Positions 15,440 to 24,545 of a DNA stretch of 51,932 nt are shown here, piece after piece; the stretch's first letter is position 1, and each line of letters starts with the position of its first letter. Both the position numbers and the translations under genes were made by a program. A model generated the notes under the pieces. That model had not been told where the DNA came from. It worked only from the letters and a program-made list of their open reading frames with translations, and searched no databases. The stretch is from a virus. Taxonomy: Duplodnaviria; Caudoviricetes. The DNA is taken from IMG/VR virus record IMGVR_UViG_3300017913_002066, positions 1-51,932 of that record. One strand, written 5' to 3'.

Positions 15440-15942
15440 AAAAGATCCTCGTAGTCTATGTCAAACCCCCATTGTATGAACTTTCTTTCTAGATTATTAT
15501 TTTGCTCTACATCATGTATTGTTTGGGTATTTAAGATCCATACTTCGTTATCTTTTGCAACAAATGAATCAACCAAATATAAACTTTCACGATCAAATGC
15601 GTTTTCTATTGTAAAACCCATATATTCATCTATAGTTTTTGCATCTTCATCAGCATATATTCTTGTTGTTGCATCACCGGCTGTCATGTACCAGTTTATA
15701 GCACTCTTGCATTCTGTGTCTCTATGAGCATGTACTGTTGCAGGACCTTTCATATAAACAAGTGTAACATACAAACACTTATCTTGCAAGACATCAGGAA
15801 GGCAATTTAGATAAAATCTTTTAGATTTTTCATCTATTTCAAAATATTGTAGTCCATAATTCCCAAGAGGAGATTTGTTGCCTTCTTTGAGAGATAATTT
15901 ATTCCAAGGACGTATCCATGTTTTGTCTATCCGACTGAACAC
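15424..15942 (-). CDS. Fe(II)/2OG-type oxygenase (DSBH)
   Basis: VHAHRD...SAINWY...FVAKDNEVWILNTQTIHDV...RKFIQW; GTG start. Confidence 0.72.
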   Translation of the reverse strand: MFSRIDKTWIRPWNKLSLKEGNKSPLGNYGLQYFEIDEKSKRFYLNCLPDVLQDKCLYVTLVYMKGPATVHAHRDTECKSAINWYMTAGDATTRIYADEDAKTIDEYMGFTIENAFDRESLYLVDSFVAKDNEVWILNTQTIHDVEQNNNLERKFIQWGFDIDYEDLLCNFV

Positions 15943-16409
15943 TATATTTTCCTCGTTAGTTCTAGTCTTTCAAAAGTCCAAGGCTGTCTGCATTGTAAGA
16001 TAAATGCAATTCTGTAATCATCTGTACTATTAGTATAACTGTGCATAAGATCACATCTAAATGCTACTGGTCCATTTATATCAAAACTTTTATCTTCTAT
16101 AGTTATAGGACTTGTATAATTTGCCAAAGGAAATAAAAAATTTACAGTACGCACATGTCCAACTCCGCTACTATCAGTATGAGGAGCAACTATTGTATTA
16201 GGCTTTGTTTTTATAAAAGTACAAGCAAAAAAAGGCACACCTGGAAATTGTTTTGTGATATCTTGTACAACAGGATGTTCTAAATCAAACATACTTATTT
16301 CCTGTGGTATTGCCCGACCTAGCTTTTCATAACCATTTGTAAATTGTAAAGTTTCTGCAATGTCAAGCAGTGCGTTAATATCATATGTCGCATCTAATTC
16401 TTTAAACAT
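15942..16409 (-). CDS. Fe(II)/2OG-type oxygenase (DSBH)
   Basis: VAPHTD...VNFLFPL...PVAFRCDLMHSYTN...RIAF. Confidence 0.7.
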   Translation of the reverse strand: MFKELDATYDINALLDIAETLQFTNGYEKLGRAIPQEISMFDLEHPVVQDITKQFPGVPFFACTFIKTKPNTIVAPHTDSSGVGHVRTVNFLFPLANYTSPITIEDKSFDINGPVAFRCDLMHSYTNSTDDYRIAFILQCRQPWTFERLELTRKI

Positions 16410-17100
16410 CACACTGCCTTTTAGTAAAAATACTAAGTCCTAGTTTGCCTTCAATTGCACGTAATCTAAAGTCAGCACTTGCATGTAATTTTAAACTATC
16501 AAATACAATAATGTCTTGTGGGCGCCAAACATGCATATTTTCAACACTTAGCCCTTCTAGCCATTTAGGATCTAAATGAGGGAATACTCTTTTATGTATA
16601 ACACTAGGAAAACTTTCTTCAATAGTGTCATGCACATTTGTATAGTCATAAACTGCTTGATTGTAATATACATGCTGTTCAGGACCATCTTTGAAAAATT
16701 TACTAGGGCCATCGAAATAACTTTGATTAAAAATTACTAAATTTGTTTCTTTGTTTTCAGGCCAGGTTGCAATAGGTATAGTAATTGCTTTATAAGTATC
16801 CTCTAGTTCAAACGTATCGTCATTGTGTATATAATAAGGCTTTTCGGTGTAAAAGAATATACCCGATAAAAACTCTAATGGTCCTATAGCCTCGTCAATT
16901 TTATCAAAGTATGGCGCAAGTATAGGATCTTCGATATCAAAATTTACTGTAACAGGTCCTGTAGATTTTGCTAATTTGTTTGACTTTGTATAGTAATCGT
17001 ATAATACTTGTATTTCTTCTGTAGAGAAAAACCCTTCTAGTGTATAACTAGGAGACATACGTTGTTTTAATTTATCAATCTTATCAACTGTTCTTCTCAT
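16402..17100 (-). CDS. Fe(II)/2OG-type oxygenase (DSBH)
   Basis: PYYIHND...AITIPI...WRPQDIIVFDSLKLHASADF...KLGLSIFT. Confidence 0.7.
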   Translation of the reverse strand: MRRTVDKIDKLKQRMSPSYTLEGFFSTEEIQVLYDYYTKSNKLAKSTGPVTVNFDIEDPILAPYFDKIDEAIGPLEFLSGIFFYTEKPYYIHNDDTFELEDTYKAITIPIATWPENKETNLVIFNQSYFDGPSKFFKDGPEQHVYYNQAVYDYTNVHDTIEESFPSVIHKRVFPHLDPKWLEGLSVENMHVWRPQDIIVFDSLKLHASADFRLRAIEGKLGLSIFTKRQCDV

Positions 17101-17819
17101 GCTTCTTTATGTCTAAGTATGTTACATACCCTTAAGACATTGTCCCATGTTTTAGGAATATTCATTACAAGATGAATACTATCATTTACATAGCTGTGTG
17201 TCCTATGTGCTTTACGAGTATCAACATAATAACATCTACCTTCTTCTATACTGCGCCTTGTGTAATCATGTTCCCATTCGTAACATTCATGTCCTGTATT
17301 TGTAAGGAAGGCTACAATCCTAAATGCATGACGGCCTATCATTAGACTATCCCTGTGCATAGGAAACCAACCACCCTTATTGACTTTTACAAGTGTGCAT
17401 CTACCTAGTTCAGGAAAATGATTTACAAGTGGATGTAAGCTAGGTAAATCGTGATATAACTGTGTAGGCACAGTAAAGTCAGTTTCTTTCATACTTGTTT
17501 TACCTGTGCGCTTCATTACTTCAGGCAAACTTATACTATCATACGGTGTATCGCCTTCTAATCCTACGAAGTTTAGTCCTTGCCTATCATTAAGCTCACC
17601 TTCTCGAGGCAAGTACGGCTGCCATTTACCATCGTACTTTGCAATTTCTTGTTTGAACTGACTTAGATTGATTTTAACGTCTAAGGGGACGAAATCACCA
17701 ATAGCATCTAGTTGTGTTTCGCATATAAGATCTATCATACTAGGACGAGGTATCTTGCCGTCCTTAGATCTTTGTAGGTAATCTATCTTGTATTTTTGCT
17801 TGTCACTATTGGTTATCAT
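17097..17819 (-). CDS. aspartyl/asparaginyl beta-hydroxylase-like Fe(II)/2OG oxygenase
   Basis: LGRCTLVKVNKGGWFPMHRD...FRI...EEGRCYYVDTRKAHRT...IHLVMN. Confidence 0.78.
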   Translation of the reverse strand: MITNSDKQKYKIDYLQRSKDGKIPRPSMIDLICETQLDAIGDFVPLDVKINLSQFKQEIAKYDGKWQPYLPREGELNDRQGLNFVGLEGDTPYDSISLPEVMKRTGKTSMKETDFTVPTQLYHDLPSLHPLVNHFPELGRCTLVKVNKGGWFPMHRDSLMIGRHAFRIVAFLTNTGHECYEWEHDYTRRSIEEGRCYYVDTRKAHRTHSYVNDSIHLVMNIPKTWDNVLRVCNILRHKEA

Positions 17820-17848
17820 ATTGATATTTATTTGTAAATATTACGATG
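17817..17848. promoter_or_regulatory. divergent late-promoter pair, both leaderless
   Basis: Minus: TAAATA(17830-17825)-TCAAT-ATG(17819). Plus: TAAATA(17835-17840)-TTACG-ATG(17846). No SD on either side. Confidence 0.75.
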
Positions 17849-20353
17849 AAAACACTTCCTGAAATTCAAGACGTACTAAATGGAATAAGTCCTAGTTTTT
17901 GCATTGCAAAATGGCATAGAACAAATCTAAGACTGTATAACGGAACAGCTTATAGTTGTCATCATTGCACAGCACGTAATATAAACTTGGACAAACTAAA
18001 AGACGATCCTAGTGCGCTTACAAACACAGACGAAGTGCTAGAGTTTAGACAGCAAATGCTAGACGGAGAACGTCCTTCTGAATGTGCATACTGCTGGCAG
18101 AAAGAAGATCAAGGTCTTGTTAGTGATCGTCTTATAAAGAGCAAAAACTTTGTAGAACGTCACGATATCATTGCAACAGATACAGCCTCAGATTTATCCT
18201 CATTTCCTACAATATTAGATGTAGCATTTGATAACACATGTAACTTTAAGTGCAGCTATTGTGGTCCTGCTAACAGTAGTATGTGGATGCAAGAAATGGA
18301 ACAGTACGGCGATTATCCTACATCATACAAAAAGAAATCTGTTGAAACTGTTAAGTCAGAAATGATACTTAACAGAGAAGATAATCCTTACATAGAAGCT
18401 TTTTGGAAATGGTGGGACTTAGGACTAGGAAAACATCTGCAACGTCTAACAATTACTGGTGGAGAGCCACTATTATCAAAGCATACTTTCAAAGTTCTTG
18501 ATAAGATTATACAGGACGATCTTGATCTAACTATTAATATTAATACTAATTTGTGTGTGCCGGATGGCGTATTCAACGGCTTTAGAATGAAACTTGCTAA
18601 ATTACCTGTTGAAGAAATTATTATAAGCACGAGCATAGAATCACTAGGCGCACAAGCCGAGTACAGTAGATACGGATTAGAATATAAAAAATGGCTTAAG
18701 AATGTACATACAGTATTACAAAATCCAAAAGTGCGTGTAGCTGTAAATCTTACAAACAATGCCCTTAGTTATTGTGAAATGACAGATGCATTAGAGCTAT
18801 TGGCTAGTTTAAAAATAAGATATGGTGCAAACAGGATCTATATAAGCAGTAATGATGTATTGTATCCGAAGTATTTAGATATAAGAGTATTGCCATATCA
18901 TTTACGCAGAGATAGCAGTGTAAGTATAGGAAACTTTATTCAAAAGAATACAAAATTGCTGTCACAAGACGAAATAGATAAAATACAACGAACAGCAAAC
19001 TTCAGTCTTACAACAATGGAAGACGAAGAAACAAATCAAGATGACTTTAAAAAGTTTATTAAAGAATACGACAAACGTAGGAATTTAGATTATAGCATTG
19101 TATTTCCGTACCTAAAACAATTTGTAGATGGTGTAGAAACAAAACAACCTTGGTGTATAGATCCGTTTATCAACTTTAGTCACACAGCTGATGGATATTA
19201 TCGTCCTTGCTGTATCGGAACAGTAGAACGTAACAAAGAAACAGGTAATAATATTAAAGACACTAGTCCTATTGAATATTTTACAGGTCCAGAAATGCAA
19301 AAGTTACGTAGAGAAATGTTAGATGGCAAACTTAGTGCGCATAGTAAAATGTTGTGCAGGCAGTGTGTAAAGAATGATGCTGAAGGTGTAAAGTCAAGAC
19401 GTGTTAAACAAAACGACCAATATTTAATAAAGCCGGAAGTACAGGCTGTTGTAAAGAAATACGAAGATCCCAATTACGTAGCAACATTAGATGATCTACA
19501 ATATGTGAATTTTAAAATACTAGGCAACTTATGCAATCTTAAATGTCTAATGTGCGGACCTAGTGCAAGTAGTAAAATTGCAGCTGAATGGAAAAAACAC
19601 GACATAGCTGGACACGGTGATATGCCTAAGGCAGAACTATTGCCATATGACGAAAACAGCAAAGAAAGTTATATGAGAGACTTTGATAAAATTATATCAA
19701 ACATCAGTGACTTTAATATGGTAGGAGGCGAAGCATTTATAAATCCTAATTTTGACGAAATTTGGGAAACAATAATTAATAATGATAACGTAAAAAATCT
19801 AAAATTACTTATAATTACTAACGGCACATTATTACCACAAAAAGTTTTAGATGCTGCACATAAATTTAAAACATTAAGATTGTTGTTTAGCATAGACGGT
19901 GTATATGAAAGAGGTAGCTATGTGCGTAGTGGCCTTAGTTGGAAAACATTTGATAAAAATGTTAAACGTGCTTTAGCAAGTGATGCGGTAGTTGCATTTA
20001 CTGTAGCAACAAGTATGTTGAATATAGGATATTTAGATGATATCTATGATTACCTAAAAGGACTAGGTGTGCAAGATACACATATTGCTTGGGATGCTGT
20101 AGTGACAGAACCTGTACATTTACGTGCAAGCAATCTACCTGATAGTATTAAACAACAGTATATTGAAAAACTTAAAAAACACGAAGTATTCAATCTAGAA
20201 ATAGCAAAATTTAATACAGCCTTAGATATATTACAAACAAAGCAAAGTGATAACGATCAATTTTTACACGGGTTGCGTTTCCTTACAATGACTGATAATA
20301 TACGTAACACTGATGTATATACGCATTTTCCAGAATTTAAGGGTTACTTATAA
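17846..20353 (+). CDS. tandem double radical SAM protein, each half with an N-terminal Cys-rich twitch/SPASM-like domain
   Basis: CNFKCSYC (18239-18262) with ITGGEPL, and CNLKCLMC (19532-19555) with VGGEAF. Cys modules FCIAKW...SCHHC...CAYCW and WCIDPF...RPCC...CRQC. Confidence 0.88.
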   Translation: MKTLPEIQDVLNGISPSFCIAKWHRTNLRLYNGTAYSCHHCTARNINLDKLKDDPSALTNTDEVLEFRQQMLDGERPSECAYCWQKEDQGLVSDRLIKSKNFVERHDIIATDTASDLSSFPTILDVAFDNTCNFKCSYCGPANSSMWMQEMEQYGDYPTSYKKKSVETVKSEMILNREDNPYIEAFWKWWDLGLGKHLQRLTITGGEPLLSKHTFKVLDKIIQDDLDLTININTNLCVPDGVFNGFRMKLAKLPVEEIIISTSIESLGAQAEYSRYGLEYKKWLKNVHTVLQNPKVRVAVNLTNNALSYCEMTDALELLASLKIRYGANRIYISSNDVLYPKYLDIRVLPYHLRRDSSVSIGNFIQKNTKLLSQDEIDKIQRTANFSLTTMEDEETNQDDFKKFIKEYDKRRNLDYSIVFPYLKQFVDGVETKQPWCIDPFINFSHTADGYYRPCCIGTVERNKETGNNIKDTSPIEYFTGPEMQKLRREMLDGKLSAHSKMLCRQCVKNDAEGVKSRRVKQNDQYLIKPEVQAVVKKYEDPNYVATLDDLQYVNFKILGNLCNLKCLMCGPSASSKIAAEWKKHDIAGHGDMPKAELLPYDENSKESYMRDFDKIISNISDFNMVGGEAFINPNFDEIWETIINNDNVKNLKLLIITNGTLLPQKVLDAAHKFKTLRLLFSIDGVYERGSYVRSGLSWKTFDKNVKRALASDAVVAFTVATSMLNIGYLDDIYDYLKGLGVQDTHIAWDAVVTEPVHLRASNLPDSIKQQYIEKLKKHEVFNLEIAKFNTALDILQTKQSDNDQFLHGLRFLTMTDNIRNTDVYTHFPEFKGYL

Positions 20354-21027
20354 CCAATACGCATATAGCGATTATACTTTGTAAGACTAAGTGATCCTGT
20401 AAATAATACTTTACTCAATGGTGCTATTTCTGCAAAATGTAAATTATCCTTTACACAATTCACATGTTCTTCTAGAGCAACATAATCATTGCTCTGTAAG
20501 CATATAAGTTTCCCTTTTGGTATTTTATCAAACCATTCACTGAAGTTTTCGATATGTTCGCAACTAGTGTTTATAATCGTGTCAGGCATTTCTGTAATAG
20601 ATACACTAGTTCCATCAGCACGAAAGGTTGTATAAAAACAAGGATACTCCATATCATGTATATCCATTGTGCTTGCTTTGAATTGCCAACCGTCCATTAC
20701 ATGCGGTTTGTTTATATTATCAGCAACAGGCGCACAACTAGGATCTAGATCAAAGCTACGTATTGTGTCAAACTTTTCTCTACAGCGTTCAAACATTAGA
20801 CTAGCTAGAGTACCATACCATCCGCCGCATATAAAGACAGTACCTAGCTCATTTGGTAAATTTTCTATTAACCACAATTTGCTTTTTATTTGTCCGAGAC
20901 TGTATGCATCTACAAGCGTATCCTCTGTTTCGGGGAATTTTTGTAACGTGCGTTTAATTTGTGCAACTGCATTATTTTCAGGATATAACGCTTCTATACC
21001 ATTTAACAAATTAATTGTATTGGTCAT
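20344..21027 (-). CDS. class I SAM-dependent methyltransferase-like protein
   Basis: VFICGGWYG glycine loop, RSFDLD acidic motif II, IINTSCEH. Confidence 0.65.
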   Translation of the reverse strand: MTNTINLLNGIEALYPENNAVAQIKRTLQKFPETEDTLVDAYSLGQIKSKLWLIENLPNELGTVFICGGWYGTLASLMFERCREKFDTIRSFDLDPSCAPVADNINKPHVMDGWQFKASTMDIHDMEYPCFYTTFRADGTSVSITEMPDTIINTSCEHIENFSEWFDKIPKGKLICLQSNDYVALEEHVNCVKDNLHFAEIAPLSKVLFTGSLSLTKYNRYMRIGYK

Positions 21028-21685
21028 TAAACTGTTCCTTTAACCAATCAAAATCATTTATTAATTGTAGATCCACGCTGTCAGAAAGACCAAACTCCAT
21101 ACCAGCACTAGCCCCGGCCAACGCATATTCACCAAACGTTCTATCTTTCCCAACAGTAGTCCAAACTTTGAGTCTTTCATCTGTTTCCTCCGACTTTTGT
21201 CTATCAATAATTTTTGCACTTAGTTTTGCACACTCACGAAATGCACTTTTCCAAGTTTCAAAGGGTCCTGTGTTAAACGCTGTGATGTTACTAACTACAT
21301 CCATTGCCTTAAAATGCTTGCTTATACTTGTAGTCATGTCAGCACTATCCATTCGCATATCTACTGTAAGTTTTCGCGGAAATAGTTTCACACCACCGTA
21401 GCCGTATTGCAAATCATTTATAGGATTAATACTGCGCCAAACATGCACGGTTTCTAGCTCTTGCTCATTAGGATAGTATAAAAAGTCAAAATCATCTACA
21501 AGATCTGCATCGCCATCTACGATCCAAAACATTTTAGTGCTACACATTTCAGCTGCTTTCTTGTGTGCATTGTGTATTCCTTTTACGCCATGAACTCGTT
21601 TGATTACAGGAAATTTATCCTGTAGTTTTTCAAAACGTTCATTGCAATCAGGTTCTTGATAACTTATAAAAACTACATCATACAT
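21011..21685 (-). CDS. GT-A-fold glycosyltransferase-like protein
   Basis: DVVFISYQEP...RVHGVKGIHNAHKKAA...FWIVDGDA (DxD)...YGYGGVKL...WKSAFRE. Start reassigned to ATG 21685. Confidence 0.7.
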   Translation of the reverse strand: MYDVVFISYQEPDCNERFEKLQDKFPVIKRVHGVKGIHNAHKKAAEMCSTKMFWIVDGDADLVDDFDFLYYPNEQELETVHVWRSINPINDLQYGYGGVKLFPRKLTVDMRMDSADMTTSISKHFKAMDVVSNITAFNTGPFETWKSAFRECAKLSAKIIDRQKSEETDERLKVWTTVGKDRTFGEYALAGASAGMEFGLSDSVDLQLINDFDWLKEQFNDQYN

Positions 21686-23093
21686 TTGATATCTTACACA
21701 AATTAAAAAAATCTTCAAACTCTGGAAACGTGGATAAAAAGTCTTTGCCCCTGCGTTTGTCATATTGCATTATAAATTCCCAAAAGTTATACCTAGTAAT
21801 ATCTAAATCATCACCTGGTGTTGCATCACAACTATCATATATCCTGCGTAATTTTTCTTTTTCCCAAGGACGTATATCATACGTATCCCATTTTTCAAAT
21901 ACAGGTTTAAAAAACTTATCACGTAGCTCAGGTGTTGCAATCCTTACATCTAAAAACTTTGGATTTCTTACATAAGGAAAATCTACCCAAATATTCCTAC
22001 CTTCAAACTTTTGATTTAGCTTTGTAATATCTTGTAGGAAGTCGTCTAGTGTAGTAAGACTCAGCAAGTTAAATGCCGCCATTAGGCTTAAATTTACTTT
22101 TTCTGTAGTTTCCATAAGAGTGTTTATGTTCTTAAACCAAAGGTCGTAATCCATACCATCTCTAATATAATTACATTGTTCACCTGTTGCTTCTGCACTA
22201 GTGTATATTGTAATACTATCTACAACTTTACGTTCTTCAAGTAATTTAACTTTTTCAAGAAAGTCTGCCCATACCTTTGTAGGCGGACATGCATTTGTAT
22301 TAATTGCAAATCTAATATGCGGTTGTGGATTTTCTAACAAGTAATCTATTACACGCATGGTATTTTTGCTTAATAGCGGCTCACCGCCTGTTATACGGAA
22401 AGTATGCATATGTTTAACTGCTTCAGGAAACCAATTCCAAAATGCATCAATATACGGATTTTCTTCTCTTTCAAGTATTTGTATTTCGTCTGGATTAATC
22501 CATCCAAATTCTTTCATACTTCTAAAAGGTCCTTTGTGCGGAGTGTGCTTATATGTGCCGCCCGACTTTACTTCTTCAGTCCATTTGCTACTAAATGCCG
22601 GACCACAATAACTACACTTAAAGTTGCACACATTAGAAAAACTAACTTCTACATGTCGAGGATAAATGTTTTCATCGCCTACACTTGTTTTGATCTTTCC
22701 GTAATCTACTAGGCTCCAAGGTTCCATACTTTTAAGAACTCTATCACTAAAGTGATCTGAATTATCTTCAATGCGCCAACAATAATCGCACTCAACAGGA
22801 CGCTTACCTTGTTTCATTTGCATCCTACGTTCTTTTTTGAATTCTGTATTATGCAATGCACTAGGATCTTTTTCTAATTCATCTAAATGAATTTTATGAG
22901 CTTGCACATGATGACAACTATGTGTAAGGCCACTACCTAAGTGCATAGTTACTTGCGTCCATTTTGCTAGACAAAACCCAGGTCCTGTTTCATTAAGTGC
23001 ATCGCGCATCTTAATAAGGTTTTCATCATTAATTTTTGGCTCGCCACTGCTAGGCCAATGATCTAAGTTAAGTCTTTTTAAATGTTTATTCAT
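21678..23093 (-). CDS. radical SAM protein with N-terminal twitch-like domain (paralog of the first half of 17846-20353)
   Basis: FCLAKW...SCHH...CDYCW...CNFKCSYC...ITGGEPLL...YDKRR. Confidence 0.88.
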   Translation of the reverse strand: MNKHLKRLNLDHWPSSGEPKINDENLIKMRDALNETGPGFCLAKWTQVTMHLGSGLTHSCHHVQAHKIHLDELEKDPSALHNTEFKKERRMQMKQGKRPVECDYCWRIEDNSDHFSDRVLKSMEPWSLVDYGKIKTSVGDENIYPRHVEVSFSNVCNFKCSYCGPAFSSKWTEEVKSGGTYKHTPHKGPFRSMKEFGWINPDEIQILEREENPYIDAFWNWFPEAVKHMHTFRITGGEPLLSKNTMRVIDYLLENPQPHIRFAINTNACPPTKVWADFLEKVKLLEERKVVDSITIYTSAEATGEQCNYIRDGMDYDLWFKNINTLMETTEKVNLSLMAAFNLLSLTTLDDFLQDITKLNQKFEGRNIWVDFPYVRNPKFLDVRIATPELRDKFFKPVFEKWDTYDIRPWEKEKLRRIYDSCDATPGDDLDITRYNFWEFIMQYDKRRGKDFLSTFPEFEDFFNLCKISNV

Positions 23094-24016
23094 TCTGGAT
23101 CAATCACAAACTGTTCTGTTACTGTTCTGCTAGGGTTTTGATATACGTTCTTAAAAAATTTACTTTGCTGTTCATCTAAAGGAACTTCAGCAATAGGAAT
23201 ATCTAGTTCATTAATTAAGTCAATACCTAGTCCGATTATTTCGTACCTAAGTGTTTCATCAGTGATAGCAGTTTTTTGCTTCCACAAATTATTTAGGTAT
23301 TCAAAGTCTCTTACATTTACAAAGTCCCAATCCGAACACATTGTTTTATACAAGCCTTCTCTAGCACCATATATTGCCCAATAACCATTTTGAACATCTG
23401 CACCAATCATCAACCATATCCAAAGACGTTGCAGATTCTTCCAATGGTTATTATGAAACTGTTCAAGTGTTACTCTTTCACCTTGGTCAAGAGCCATTTT
23501 AACACCTTCACGGAATCCTGCACGCCAGGCTTGCTGTGGTGTTGCATTATTATACACATCGCTGTAGCAACTGTTTTGTTGTATGTAGTTCAAGTCCCAA
23601 CAAAAATCCACTTGCGCTTGAGGATTATCTTTTGGTGCATTTTCGTGTGTTCGCATATTCAATACATGTTCTTTGGGCCAACACTTTATTCCGCCGTTGC
23701 CGTACATAAGTCCGTTAATAACATTATGGCCGCACCAGCTAATAACACTGTTTTCTAAATCTGTATGTTCTTCAAAATTTATTTCTTGATTTATGAAGTC
23801 TGGACGTACAACATTGTCTCCATCAATAGTAACAAACCTTTCAGTTTCGCTTAATTCTGCACAGGCTTTGTGTGCAGCATCACTACCTTCTACACCATGT
23901 ACTCTTTTTGCCCAGGGCACTTTTGTTAGCAAATCTGCATAATTTTTTTCTGCATTTGGTTCATCATATGACAAATAAATTATGTCACAATCTGCAACTC
24001 TAAATATCTTACTCAA
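23090..24016 (-). CDS. GT-A-fold glycosyltransferase-like protein (paralog of 21011-21685)
   Basis: DIIYLSYDEPNAE...RVHGVEGSDAAHKACA...IDGDN...YGNGGIKCW...AWRAGFREG. Confidence 0.72.
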   Translation of the reverse strand: MSKIFRVADCDIIYLSYDEPNAEKNYADLLTKVPWAKRVHGVEGSDAAHKACAELSETERFVTIDGDNVVRPDFINQEINFEEHTDLENSVISWCGHNVINGLMYGNGGIKCWPKEHVLNMRTHENAPKDNPQAQVDFCWDLNYIQQNSCYSDVYNNATPQQAWRAGFREGVKMALDQGERVTLEQFHNNHWKNLQRLWIWLMIGADVQNGYWAIYGAREGLYKTMCSDWDFVNVRDFEYLNNLWKQKTAITDETLRYEIIGLGIDLINELDIPIAEVPLDEQQSKFFKNVYQNPSRTVTEQFVIDPE

Positions 24017-24545
24017 CGCTTTCTCCTACATAATGACAATACGTTTCAAAGTCTGGTCTAGTAACAATCATAACATCGTCATAATATTCATTTGGGAATA
24101 TATATTCTGTATCTATATAATCAGCTAATTTACAAGTTAGTGTGTCTAGCAATACATTTGCATTGTTTTTCTTTGTAACATAGAAGTTCTTATCTGCTTG
24201 TAATTTTTTAGTGTTTATAGACAAATTACTTAAATTGTATTCATCGAATGTGTGTGAAATTTTCCACTTGTTGCTGTTCTTGTCCTGTGTAATATATATG
24301 CTGTTTGTGCTTAGATCTTGTACATCTGGAAGAATGTATATGTTGTGTTCATATTTTTGTATAACATCCTTTTTTATTACTTTGTATCTGTCTGTTTTGA
24401 TTACACTGTAATCAGAAAGTTTTGCATTGCCATTTCCAAATTGGTCATAAAGATCAAAAGGAATTTCAACAAATAAATGACTGTCATCTATTTCATTTGT
24501 AACTTTTACAATTTCACCTAAATCATTAAAACAAGCATAAAACAT
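24009..24545 (-). CDS. hypothetical protein (178 aa)
   Basis: ORF translationally coupled on both sides within the glycosyltransferase operon. Confidence 0.7.
   Translation of the reverse strand: MFYACFNDLGEIVKVTNEIDDSHLFVEIPFDLYDQFGNGNAKLSDYSVIKTDRYKVIKKDVIQKYEHNIYILPDVQDLSTNSIYITQDKNSNKWKISHTFDEYNLSNLSINTKKLQADKNFYVTKKNNANVLLDTLTCKLADYIDTEYIFPNEYYDDVMIVTRPDFETYCHYVGESVE

Noticed and set aside
17846-23093. Classical RiPP (SPASM-peptide or lasso) cluster
   Set aside because: No short precursor with leader/core features, RRE/PqqD domain, protease or exporter was found, and there is essentially no intergenic space to hide one.
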